A stretch of 32,000 nucleotides of DNA from Desulfocapsa sulfexigens DSM 10523 (GTDB lineage: Bacteria > Desulfobacterota > Desulfobulbia > Desulfobulbales > Desulfocapsaceae), in NCBI RefSeq assembly GCF_000341395.1, contig NC_020304.1, forward strand, positions 3,450,001 to 3,482,000, in the 5' to 3' direction. Below are positions 9,052 through 17,901 of the stretch, piece after piece (position 1 is the stretch's first letter; each line of letters begins with the position of its first letter). The translations under genes and the position numbers were made by a program. The notes beneath the pieces are model-generated. The model was given only the letters and a program-made list of their open reading frames with translations, was not told the origin of the DNA and made no database searches.

Positions 9052-10176
9052 TTACCCTACATCTCTGAAAAGTTTTTGGTTTGATACTTTCCAAACATCT
9101 TCCTTGAGGGCCTGCGTAAACTGTTTAGCGCTATCTCCCAGCCCATAGTAGTTGCATGCTGGATACGATTTTGAAATTTGTGACTGCTTAATCGCTGAGA
9201 GAATAGCTTCTCGATCAAAGGGAACATCAAAAATACTGGGATGTTTAAATCTGTTCTGTTGGCGAGTACCAATGTTTATTGTTGGAACACCATATATTGG
9301 GGCTTCGTGAATACCAGCACTGGAATTCCCGATTAAACAATCAGCATTTCTTAGAAATGTTAAATAATGCTCAAACCTCAAAGAAGGAAAGATTCTGATA
9401 TTGTTCTTTTTTTGTAAACGCTTATATGCAGCAAAGATATACTCCGATCCAGAATCATTATTAGGATAAATTACGATATAATTCCGCTTGCTTTCCAGTA
9501 GAGCATCCGCAAAAAGTGCAGCGTTATCGAACTGGATTTCCAATTCTGTCGTAACCGGGTGCAACATTGCAACCGAATATGAGTCAAAGGTCACTTCATA
9601 TCGCGCTTTGGCTTCTTCGAGGGAAGGCAGTTCATCGGATAGCATGACATCGACATCTGGTGATCCAATGCAATAAATGGCATCTGGATCTTCACCCAAT
9701 TGCTTCAAGCGTTGTTCTGCTTTGTCATTCGCGACAAAGTGAATGTGTGACAACTTCGAAATAGCATGCCTCATCAGCTCATCAACGGTTCCAGAAATTT
9801 CACCACCTTCAATATGTGCAACCAATATATTTCTCAATGCGCCTACCGTTGCACCCGCCAAAGCTTCAACCCTGTCCCCATGGACAACAATCAGGTCAAT
9901 TTTATTCTCAGCAAGATACCGACTTAATCCAATAATTGTATTTGCAAGGACAACTTCCATACTTTCCCCTTCAACCTGATTCATAAAGGTAAAAAGATTG
10001 TCAAATCCTGACCGGGGAATCTCTTTTATGGTACCACCGTATTTGGCAAGCATATGCATACCTGTACCAAATATCTGGTATTCAAACTCATTTGATTCCT
10101 TAACTGCACGAATAAGTGATTTCAATTTTCCAAAATCTGCACGAGTTGCTGTGATGAAAAGAATTCTTTTTTTCAT
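9052..10176 (-). CDS. neuC: UDP-N-acetylglucosamine 2-epimerase (hydrolysing), NeuC/LegG type
   Basis: 374 aa. RILFITATRADFGKLKSLIRAV, VVHGDRVEALAGATVGALRNILVAHIEGGEISGTVDELMRHAISKLSHIHFVAN, CLIGNSSAGIHEAPIYGVPTINIGTRQQNR. Confidence 0.92.
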   Translation of the reverse strand: MKKRILFITATRADFGKLKSLIRAVKESNEFEYQIFGTGMHMLAKYGGTIKEIPRSGFDNLFTFMNQVEGESMEVVLANTIIGLSRYLAENKIDLIVVHGDRVEALAGATVGALRNILVAHIEGGEISGTVDELMRHAISKLSHIHFVANDKAEQRLKQLGEDPDAIYCIGSPDVDVMLSDELPSLEEAKARYEVTFDSYSVAMLHPVTTELEIQFDNAALFADALLESKRNYIVIYPNNDSGSEYIFAAYKRLQKKNNIRIFPSLRFEHYLTFLRNADCLIGNSSAGIHEAPIYGVPTINIGTRQQNRFKHPSIFDVPFDREAILSAIKQSQISKSYPACNYYGLGDSAKQFTQALKEDVWKVSNQKLFRDVG

Positions 10177-11223
10177 TTATTGAATATCGCTCCAGTCTAA
10201 GTGAACATTCATTGTAATATCCCTGGCTGCTCTTTTCCCTAGTACGTTATTGTATTCTTCAGCCGATATTTTTCCTGTACCTGGTCTTTTAACCCATATA
10301 TTTTCCTTTGAAAAAACCTCTCCCTCCTTTACAGGCAGAATAGTCACAACAGTGGCAAAGGCAAAATCCCTGGTTACCTGTTCCTCGTCTAAAAGACTTG
10401 TTTTGTCTCCCCCTCTTTCTAATTTTAAAATTTTACTTGAGGCGATGAGTTCATTCAACTCACTTGGAGTCATGGAGCAGACTATATCTGGTCCTTTCCG
10501 ATCCTTTGAGTCAGTAAAATGTCTTTCAAGAATTGACGCTCCAAGAGCAACCGCCCCTAGACAGGCCAAATTATTGGTGGTGTGATCAGAGAGTCCAATC
10601 ACGGCATCGGGAAAAGCTTCTTCCAGATCAAGCAACGCGCCTAAACGTACTAATTCTGGTGGGGTTGGATATAAATTAGTTGTATGTAACAGGGCAAAAG
10701 GGATCGTATGTTTCCGTAATATCTTAACTGCTTTTTTTACACCTACCAAATCATTCATTCCCGTACTGAGAATGATGGGCTTTCCAAATGAGCATATATA
10801 TTCCAATAGAGGATAATTGTTACATTCACCCGAGCCCATTTTAAATGCCGGAACATCAAATTTCACCAAACGGTCGACAGCTGCTCTTGAAAAAGGTGTA
10901 CTGATAAATATTGCTCCTCGAGACTCGGTATATCTTTTAAGTTCCCATTCTTCTTCTTCATTGAGAGAACATCTATCCATAATGTCATAAATAGAGTCAG
11001 GGGAATTACCAGGGATAGTTTTTTTGGCAGCATCGCTCATTTCATCTTCCACTACATGAGTCTGGTGCTTAATTATCTCTGCTCCCGCCGATAGAGCCGC
11101 ATCTACCATTTCAATGGCAGTCTGAAGTATGCCTTCATGGTTGATTCCTATCTCTGCAATAACAAGTGGATCGTGATGATAACCGATCCGTCTATTTGCT
11201 ATTTGAATTTCCGGTTTTTTCAT
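10177..11223 (-). CDS. neuB: N-acetylneuraminate/legionaminate synthase, NeuB/LegI type (with SAF-like C-terminus)
   Basis: 348 aa. PLVIAEIGINHEGILQTAIEMVDAALSAGAEIIKHQTHVVEDEM, FISTPFSRAAVDRLVKFDVPAFKMGSGECNNYPLLEYICSFGKPIILSTGMN, IGLSDHTTNNLACLGAVALGASILERHFTDSKDRKGPD. Confidence 0.93.
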   Translation of the reverse strand: MKKPEIQIANRRIGYHHDPLVIAEIGINHEGILQTAIEMVDAALSAGAEIIKHQTHVVEDEMSDAAKKTIPGNSPDSIYDIMDRCSLNEEEEWELKRYTESRGAIFISTPFSRAAVDRLVKFDVPAFKMGSGECNNYPLLEYICSFGKPIILSTGMNDLVGVKKAVKILRKHTIPFALLHTTNLYPTPPELVRLGALLDLEEAFPDAVIGLSDHTTNNLACLGAVALGASILERHFTDSKDRKGPDIVCSMTPSELNELIASSKILKLERGGDKTSLLDEEQVTRDFAFATVVTILPVKEGEVFSKENIWVKRPGTGKISAEEYNNVLGKRAARDITMNVHLDWSDIQ

Positions 11224-11262
11224 GTCACCTCGCTCAAAATAATTTTTGATTATTTATTAAAC

Positions 11263-11523
11263 TCAGCCACCTTGAGCTGGCTCTGCGGCAGGAATTGTTA
11301 TATTGGTATATATATCGACAAACGTCACATCTCCCAATAGTTGTCTAATAGTTTTATCATTGTTTGCTGACTCTTGAATACGATCATAATCATATTTAAA
11401 ATTTAAGTGCACGACACCGAAGACAACTATCTCCCATTTCTTCATATCAGTACGTACATTATTATGGTCAGCTCCCGGAGCGTGCACCTTTTCAAAGAAG
11501 AAAAACTCGGCTACGTGGGGCAA
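11263..11523 (-). pseudogene. Probable remnant of a transposase N-terminal region (ISNCY-like)
   Basis: 86-aa ORF with KKWEIVVFGVVHLNFKYDYDRIQESANNDKTIRQLLGD. This resembles the conserved 'W.(I/V)(L/V)VFG(V/I)(V/L)RL.L..(N/D)YD.(L/I)...AN....IRQ(I/M/L)LG' region of ISNCY-type transposases. The ORF stops shortly after, with no catalytic domain. Confidence 0.45.
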
Positions 11524-11869
11524 GATTAGAACAGTCTATTGTTGCATTTCCAGAACTGCAAAGGCAGCATATCATACCAGTAGTAATGGAAATTTTAGTA
11601 TCAGCACGACAAGTAATTTACTTAAATTTAACTAGATCTTTTTTACTGGTGGCATATGACATCGTTGGCCGAAGATCTTCTGCTCAATGAAAAATCCTGT
11701 GAGATCAGAATACTAACCAAATATTATTAACATATATCATATTTTCGGCGTGGTATGCAAACAACAACAGGATGTTAATTTGTAAAAAAACAACAATTTA
11801 GAAAAATATTCGCTTCGTAACAAAAAAATACCAGATTACCACTATTCCTCAGCCTACCCGTCTGAGGAG

Positions 11870-11974
11870 GAATTGTTTCGTGTTGATTATATGGGCATCT
11901 GCGGCCTGAACGGCCGCAGCAGAGCCCCCATTGATGGGTTTATGGAGTCCCATGTAATCGACACGGAACAACTC
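11870..11974 (+). repeat. Large imperfect palindrome with two nested hairpins (candidate structured RNA or mobile-element relic)
   Basis: Arm GAATTGTTTCGTGTTGATTATATGGGCATCT (11870-11900) versus reverse complement of 11944-11974, GAGTTGTTCCGTGTCGATTACATGGGACTCC: 24/31 identical. The 43-nt centre, with its flanking T, contains TGCGGCC-TGAAC-GGCCGCA and CCCAT-TG-ATGGG. Confidence 0.75.
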
Positions 11975-12509
11975 AGGGTTGCAAAGCTGAGCTTCGATGG
12001 TAATCAGGAAAAAATATGTTACAGACATTTGGTAGTTATTATTATCTCGTTCAAGCCCTAATTAGCCATATCAGATTTGAGGGTTTTATAAGTTTGTTGG
12101 GATATACTTTCACCTTCCCTAGAGGTATAGAGACAATGATGGTACATCACAACTGGTTCAACAACTTGAAAAACCTCCCAGCCAGATTAACATCTTACAT
12201 TCACAGAAAGGCAAATTGAAGCCAGGAAATATTTTCTTTAAAGTGCGCATACCAAAGTATACTTTCTAATTCCCAAACAATGACAGGTGAAAATTGTTGA
12301 GTTTTGAACTGAATTAGATAATTTATTGATACAAAATTTGATAGATGATAAAGTGTGTGATTGTAAAAAAAAATCTCGTTATATCTTGTATTATTAACTA
12401 AAATAATGGGAAACGATATAATGTAGTGTTTTGGAAATCGTTATACTTTCTTCTGAAGATAATCAGGCTCAGAGTATTGACTCTCTATAAATTTGACTAA
12501 GGATATCAA

Positions 12510-13199
12510 GTGACAGAGCAGAATGAATTGTTATCGAAAACATACAGTGACAAACCTGTCAGGCTTTTTCTGCCGATGCTCAACAGTGACGACAGACTGT
12601 TGGTCCACTGCATCCTTCAAAAGGGAACCGGTAAGCACTTCAATTTGTTGTTTAAACAGGGGACACTTCCTGTAGACAATATAGACACAAACACCTCATG
12701 CCTCATCAGCCTGGATGATGCTGGCCAGAGTATCTCTCTGGAGAGTAACATCACCAAAATTATAAACGATCAGACCCTGGAGATGGTTCTGCAAAAAACC
12801 ATCAGCCATGAACAGATGCGCGAATACTTCAGGGTTGATTGTACAGTCCCAATTATCATAAAATCTGTTATCCCTCCTGGATTTGGAAACCCTGAGGAAC
12901 AATGGAAAATTTCCGGTACTACAGCTGATCTCAGTGGATCAGGACTTCGCGCCAGCTTTACCGAAGCACCTCCTGCCAACACTCAGGTTCGATTGGAACT
13001 GGCGTTGCCAACAACTGAACCGACCGTTATCAAAACCCTTGCCTCCCCCGTACGTATTTCCCAACTCACCGAAAAACTCTGGGATGCAGCCTATCGCTTT
13101 GATGAAATAGAAGATGAGGATCAGGATGCTATTATCGGATGTTGTCTTGTTGCCCAGAGGCGGCTGCTTCGACTGAAAGTTAAAGTAAAGGGAAATTGA
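12510..13199 (+). CDS. PilZ domain protein (YcgR-like, predicted c-di-GMP receptor)
   Basis: 229 aa, GTG start. RxxxR motif in EQMREYFRVDCTVP and DxSxxG motif in TADLSGSGLRASF; N-terminal YcgR_2/PilZN-like beta-rich region. Confidence 0.85.
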   Translation: MTEQNELLSKTYSDKPVRLFLPMLNSDDRLLVHCILQKGTGKHFNLLFKQGTLPVDNIDTNTSCLISLDDAGQSISLESNITKIINDQTLEMVLQKTISHEQMREYFRVDCTVPIIIKSVIPPGFGNPEEQWKISGTTADLSGSGLRASFTEAPPANTQVRLELALPTTEPTVIKTLASPVRISQLTEKLWDAAYRFDEIEDEDQDAIIGCCLVAQRRLLRLKVKVKGN

Positions 13200-13211
13200 A
13201 AGGAATTCACG

Positions 13212-13889
13212 GTGACTGCTTCAATATCAGAGACGATCAAGAAAATAGCCGACAGCGAAACGGCTAAAATTGATATACCAACCAAAAATAATCAGACAAT
13301 CCGTCTCGATTGTATCTATAAGGAGTCCATTTCTCCGAATTTTTTCCTGGTCTTCCCTCCCAAAAAACTTCCCGAAGCTATTGACCTGGAAAAACATTGT
13401 CCCGTATCTATCAAACACGGTCAAACATCCTTGACGGTGACAGCTAAAATAACGGCGATAAACGGTGACAGAACCCTTGAGCTCACAGCCAAAAACAGTG
13501 TACGACCTGAAAGTTTGAGAGAATATTTCAGAGTTGGTGCCAATGTTTCCATAACTGCCCGGTACGATCCGGAATCGATGGAAAGTAAAATCCCATCATG
13601 GAACATGGATGGGCATACCCTTGATATGTCCGGCAGTGGTGTTCTGGCGATATTCCCTGAAGATCCCAAAAGCAGGCACAAGATATCACTGCAGATCCAC
13701 CTTGCAGGCAACCGGAATCCGGTACACTGCATTGGACATGTTGTCAGGAGCAGGAGACTTCGAAGGGACAGTTATCAGGTAGCATTCCATTTTGATTCCA
13801 TTAATGCCAAAGACAAAGACTCAATCATCTCCTACTGTCTTCGCGAACAACGTAACCAGTTGCGAAAAAAAGTCCAAACCGCCGGATAA
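13212..13889 (+). CDS. PilZ domain protein, tandem paralogue
   Basis: 225 aa, GTG start. SLREYFRVGANVSI (RxxxR) and HTLDMSGSGVLAIF (DxSxxG). Same layout as the preceding gene, 12-nt gap. Confidence 0.83.
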   Translation: MTASISETIKKIADSETAKIDIPTKNNQTIRLDCIYKESISPNFFLVFPPKKLPEAIDLEKHCPVSIKHGQTSLTVTAKITAINGDRTLELTAKNSVRPESLREYFRVGANVSITARYDPESMESKIPSWNMDGHTLDMSGSGVLAIFPEDPKSRHKISLQIHLAGNRNPVHCIGHVVRSRRLRRDSYQVAFHFDSINAKDKDSIISYCLREQRNQLRKKVQTAG

Positions 13890-13959
13890 GTGCAATTGGT
13901 ACTTTGTGCCGCATTGCATTATCCATTAAGATAGTGTCTCCCTTTGCCGAAAGAGTACT

Positions 13960-15003
13960 ATGACTCCTATCAACGCACTTTCGCCTATTAAGGCTGTGGG
14001 AACGGCGACATCAGACGGCAGCGGCAGGCAGCAGTCCCAGCAGCAGGCAAGACCCGGCCAGACCCTTTCGGCCACTGTCCTTGAATCAGCAGGAAGCAAT
14101 CGCTTTTACCTCGATATTCTTGGTGATAAAATACTTGCTCAAAGCGATAAAGTCCGTTTAAGTCCCGGCACTAAACTCGATCTGGAAGTCCTGTCAACCA
14201 AACCCCTTCTCGAACTCAGAATTATCTCCAGGACACCTGAACTTTTTTTCGGCAAAACCTTGACCCTGCTAGGTAAAAACATTGATATCGGTGGATTATT
14301 CCAATCCTTAAACAAATCACCATCCCCCTTTTTAGACCAGCTCAGCCTGACATCCCAGCAGGGACTAAAAGAGTTTCACAGCCTTCAACAACAACCCATT
14401 GACAGCAAGGACGGAGGCACACTGTTACAGCAACTGCTCGGCCGACTTGGCCTGTCTCTTGAGGCCATCCTGGGCGGTGGCAACAAGACCCCGGCCGCAT
14501 TCACGCTGAAGGCTGCCCTGCTGGAAATTGCCTCTCTGATGAAAGGTGGAGAAGAGCTTGCCGATACGACAAACAGGCTTCTTGGTACTCTGGAACTCTA
14601 TCAACTGGCCCAGTTGCGTCTAGCTTCGGAAAATTTGCTGATTTTCCCGCTTCCTCTCCCTTTTCTCGATAACGGGTATCTTCTTGTCGAGAAGTACGAT
14701 CTCCAGAAAGATGAAGAAACAACCACTCAAACACTTCGTTTTTCCCTGCACCTCTCTTTGCAGCCTTTAGGAGATATAGAGGTTATGTTTCTTCAAATGA
14801 AAGAAGGTCTGTACATTCGTTTTGCCTGCGACTCGGAAGAGAAAAAGGATTTTGCCAATAGCCAGAGAGAGACCTTAATAGAGATGATCAGTTCGACGGA
14901 TCTTCTCGGGCTCAGCTTTACTGATGGGGCCGGTAATCCAGCTAATGAACTGATACAACAGCTGGCTCCAGCCGGTAAATCCATACTTGATACCAAGATA
15001 TAA
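13960..15003 (+). CDS. fliK: FliK-like flagellar hook-length control protein
   Basis: 347 aa. SATVLESAGSNRFYLDILGDKILAQSDKVRLSPGTKLDLEVL and C-terminal QPLGDIEVMFLQMKEGLYIRFACDSEEKKDFANSQRETLIEMISSTDLLGLSFTDGA fit FliK-like proteins. Followed immediately by an FlhB-C gene. Confidence 0.65.
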   Translation: MTPINALSPIKAVGTATSDGSGRQQSQQQARPGQTLSATVLESAGSNRFYLDILGDKILAQSDKVRLSPGTKLDLEVLSTKPLLELRIISRTPELFFGKTLTLLGKNIDIGGLFQSLNKSPSPFLDQLSLTSQQGLKEFHSLQQQPIDSKDGGTLLQQLLGRLGLSLEAILGGGNKTPAAFTLKAALLEIASLMKGGEELADTTNRLLGTLELYQLAQLRLASENLLIFPLPLPFLDNGYLLVEKYDLQKDEETTTQTLRFSLHLSLQPLGDIEVMFLQMKEGLYIRFACDSEEKKDFANSQRETLIEMISSTDLLGLSFTDGAGNPANELIQQLAPAGKSILDTKI

Positions 15004-15011
15004 TAATAACC

Positions 15012-15296
15012 ATGAAAAAAAAAGAACTGGAAAAAGCCGTTGCTATCCTCTACGATGCCCAGACTTCAGCATCCCCTCGGGTTGTCGCCTCTGGACAGGG
15101 AGAAGTTGCCAGACGTATCATTGAAACTGCTCGGGAAGCTGGTGTTCATATTCAGGAGGACGCAAACCTGGTTGAACTACTCTCTAAAATTGATCTTGGT
15201 GCCGAAATTCCAACCGAACTGTATCAAACGGTTGCAGAAGTTCTGGCATTTGTCTACAAGGTAAATGAGAAATTTAAAAATAAAATTGTATCCTAG
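15012..15296 (+). CDS. Stand-alone FlhB C-terminal-domain-like protein (EscU/YscU/FlhB family, FhlB/YlqH-type)
   Basis: 94 aa. KAVAILYDAQTSASPRVVASGQGEVARRIIETAREAGVHIQEDANLVELLSKIDLGAEIPTELYQTVAEVLAFVYKVNE is the FlhB cytoplasmic C-terminal signature without the membrane domain. Confidence 0.9.
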   Translation: MKKKELEKAVAILYDAQTSASPRVVASGQGEVARRIIETAREAGVHIQEDANLVELLSKIDLGAEIPTELYQTVAEVLAFVYKVNEKFKNKIVS

Positions 15297-15304
15297 GAGC
15301 AGGA

Positions 15305-16165
15305 ATGCTTTGGAAAAATGGTCGTAGAAGTTCCAACGTTGAAGATAGACGGAGAATACGAATACCCGGAGGAACCAAGAAGGGGGGTGGTATTGGCATA
15401 CTTGTACTCGCTCTGGTGGGGATGTATTTTGGCATAGATCCCGGCATCATTATGAATATGGCTGACGGTTTACAGCAGGGTTCCCCTTCTCAAACCAGTA
15501 CAGCACAGCCAAGTGCTGCAGAACAGGAACTTGCTGACTTTATTTCAGTTGTTCTGGCAGACACCGAAGACACCTGGACAAAGATATTTTCTGACAAGGG
15601 AGGAACCTACAGAGAGCCAAAACTTGTCCTTTTCAGTGGACAGGTTGAATCTGCCTGCGGTTTTGCCCAGGCTGCCATGGGCCCCTTCTACTGCCCTGCC
15701 GACCACCAGGTCTATATAGACTTATCCTTTTATCAGGATCTTAAAAATAAGCTCGATGCGCCAGGCGACTTTGCCCAGGCCTATGTTATTGCCCATGAGG
15801 TTGGGCACCATGTGCAGAAACTGGTCGGAATCAGCGACAAGGTTCAGGAGCTACGACCACAGATTTCCGCGAAGGAGTATAATAAACTTTCAGTCAAAGT
15901 TGAGCTTCAAGCCGACTGTTTTGCTGGTATCTGGGCTCACCACGCAGATAAGGTTCGTAATATCGTTGAGCCTGGAGATATCAAGGAAGCTCTGAATGCC
16001 GCCAGTCATATTGGTGATGACCGCCTCCAACAACAGTCTCGGGGATATATCACCCCCGACTCATTCACCCATGGTTCTTCATCCCAGAGGGTGCGCTGGT
16101 TTAAGACAGGCTACAGCGCAGGAACCATGGAAGCCTGCGACACATTCAGCAGCAGTAGTTTGTAA
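15305..16165 (+). CDS. Putative neutral zinc metallopeptidase (YpfJ/KPN_02809 family)
   Basis: 286 aa. RIPGGTKKGGGIGILVLALVGMYFGIDPG (TM), FYCPADHQVYIDLSFYQDL, AYVIAHEVGHHVQKLVG (HExxH), ELQADCFAGIWAHHADK, FTHGSSSQRVRWFKTGYSAG. Confidence 0.93.
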   Translation: MLWKNGRRSSNVEDRRRIRIPGGTKKGGGIGILVLALVGMYFGIDPGIIMNMADGLQQGSPSQTSTAQPSAAEQELADFISVVLADTEDTWTKIFSDKGGTYREPKLVLFSGQVESACGFAQAAMGPFYCPADHQVYIDLSFYQDLKNKLDAPGDFAQAYVIAHEVGHHVQKLVGISDKVQELRPQISAKEYNKLSVKVELQADCFAGIWAHHADKVRNIVEPGDIKEALNAASHIGDDRLQQQSRGYITPDSFTHGSSSQRVRWFKTGYSAGTMEACDTFSSSSL

Positions 16166-16184
16166 AACAGATTTTCCGAATGAC

Positions 16185-16218
16185 GTCCAGGACTCCCACC
16201 TGCACGGGAATCCTGGAC
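16185..16218. terminator. Hairpin between convergent genes (possible bidirectional terminator)
   Basis: Perfect 8-bp inverted repeat GTCCAGGA (16185-16192) / TCCTGGAC (16211-16218) in the 60-bp gap between two convergent stop codons. No strong T tract. Confidence 0.45.
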
Positions 16219-16225
16219 AACCAGG

Positions 16226-17782
16226 TCAGGAAAGTTTCTTCCAGTTTCTAATGAACTCAACAAGGGTTCTGACCCCGGTTCCAGACGGACCCTTGGGAAT
16301 GTACGATTTTTCGGTAAAATCCCAGGCAGTCCCGGCAATATCAAGATGAGCCCATGGAGTGTCACCGACAAACTTCTCCAGATAGGCTGCAGCTGTGATG
16401 GTTCCGGCTGGACGTCCCCCGGTATTTTTAATATCCGCCACATCCGAATCTATCTGTTTCGAGTATTCAACGTCCAGAGGCAACTGCCAGAGTGGTTCTC
16501 CACATCGCTCACCGGCACCAATAATGCGGTCTATCACCTTCTGGTTATTACCTAAAATCCCTGTCCGGTGATGCCCAAGTCCTAAAATAACAGCACCGGT
16601 CAGTGTTGCCAGATCAATAACACAGGTGGGCTTAAATTTTTTAATACCATAGGCCAGCGCATCGGCAAGTATCAGTCTTCCTTCTGCGTCCGTATTGACG
16701 ATTTCAGAAGTTATCCCGCCAAAGTGACGTATAATATCTCCCGGTTTCAGCGCGCGGCTGCCACTCATATTATCGGTAGCAGGTACCATGGCTACCACAT
16801 TGATGTCAGGCTTTTCCTTACCCACAACGGCCATTGCAGAGAGCACAGCAGCACCTCCACACATATCATACTTCATATCCTCCATCCCGGATGCTGGTTT
16901 CAGGCTTACTCCACCGGAATCAAAGGTAAGCCCTTTGCCGACAAGGAGGATGGTCTCGGCCCCTTTTTTCGGGGATGTATATTCGAGGATTACCAGTTTA
17001 GGCGGTTCTGCGGAGCCCTGATTGACAGCAAGTAAACCTCCCATTGCTAAACGTTGCATACTGTTCTTTCCAAGAACCGTACACTTCATTTTATATTCTT
17101 TGGCAAGGGCTTTTCCATAGGCTGCGAAATGACTGGCTGTCCATCCGTTGCCGGGTTCGTTTGCCATGTCCCGTGCAGTACAGGCAGCATTTGCAGACGC
17201 ATGGGCTTTAGACATACCACGACGCATCCCGCTGATTCCGGACGCGGAATAGAGTGAAAGCTGTTCTATCCCTTTGAACACCTCTTTTTTCCCCTTTTCA
17301 GGAGCTGCTTTATACTTTACAAAACGATAGTCACCCAGCAATATCCCTTCAACCAGGCACTGGGTTACATTTTCAACGGTCAATCCCTTGATTTCAGGCA
17401 GATTAAGACAGAGCCGTGTACTCTTCGCTCCTTTGGCCCTGGCGGCAATCAGTCCACCGGTTTTTCGGCATATTTCCCGTAATTCAGCAGCATTCTTTCC
17501 TTTCAACTGCCCAAGACTCAGGAATAACAGACGTCTCGGTGAATCATCTCCTTGCTCCTCAACCTGCGGATAGACAAGAAGTGAATCGCCCTGTTCACCG
17601 GTAAAATCCCCAAACTTGATTGCATTCTTTAATTCTCTTGAGGATGGAACGGTATCGGTAATTACCTTGTCTTTGCTGTCCAATTCGAGACAATAAACAA
17701 GCATATCACCATTGAAGGTTTCCGGGTTTTTGCTTCTACGAATAAGTTTTGTTGATATCACTGTAATTTCTCCATTTAGCAC
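16226..17782 (-). CDS. pepA: Leucyl aminopeptidase (M17 family)
   Basis: 518 aa. LLVGKGLTFDSGGVSLKPASGMEDMKYDMCGGAAVLSAM and SEIVNTDAEGRLILADALAYG are hallmark M17 motifs. Confidence 0.96.
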   Translation of the reverse strand: MLNGEITVISTKLIRRSKNPETFNGDMLVYCLELDSKDKVITDTVPSSRELKNAIKFGDFTGEQGDSLLVYPQVEEQGDDSPRRLLFLSLGQLKGKNAAELREICRKTGGLIAARAKGAKSTRLCLNLPEIKGLTVENVTQCLVEGILLGDYRFVKYKAAPEKGKKEVFKGIEQLSLYSASGISGMRRGMSKAHASANAACTARDMANEPGNGWTASHFAAYGKALAKEYKMKCTVLGKNSMQRLAMGGLLAVNQGSAEPPKLVILEYTSPKKGAETILLVGKGLTFDSGGVSLKPASGMEDMKYDMCGGAAVLSAMAVVGKEKPDINVVAMVPATDNMSGSRALKPGDIIRHFGGITSEIVNTDAEGRLILADALAYGIKKFKPTCVIDLATLTGAVILGLGHHRTGILGNNQKVIDRIIGAGERCGEPLWQLPLDVEYSKQIDSDVADIKNTGGRPAGTITAAAYLEKFVGDTPWAHLDIAGTAWDFTEKSYIPKGPSGTGVRTLVEFIRNWKKLS

Positions 17783-17901
17783 ATTTTTTCTTGACTAATA
17801 ACTATAGTGCTTTCACATCTGTTTGGCAAAGAAGTTAAAGCCTTGTATACTGATAACTGAAAAAAAACACGGATCTTCCTTGTCCGACAACAATACATCT
17901 T

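Noticed and set aside
11870-11974. Integron attC site interpretation of the palindrome
   Set aside because: The arms do not show the required outer RYYYAAC / GTTRRRY core-site arrangement, and no gene cassette or integrase is nearby.
11873-12219. Plus-strand ORFs 11873-12061 and 12016-12219 as genes
   Set aside because: Short, overlapping, no strong SD or recognisable domain. The first lies over the palindrome, whose structure may explain its apparent coding pattern.
15996-16443. ORFs 15996-16349 (+) and 16111-16443 (-)
   Set aside because: They overlap the ends of the zinc peptidase and leucyl aminopeptidase genes in wrong frames; no family resemblance.
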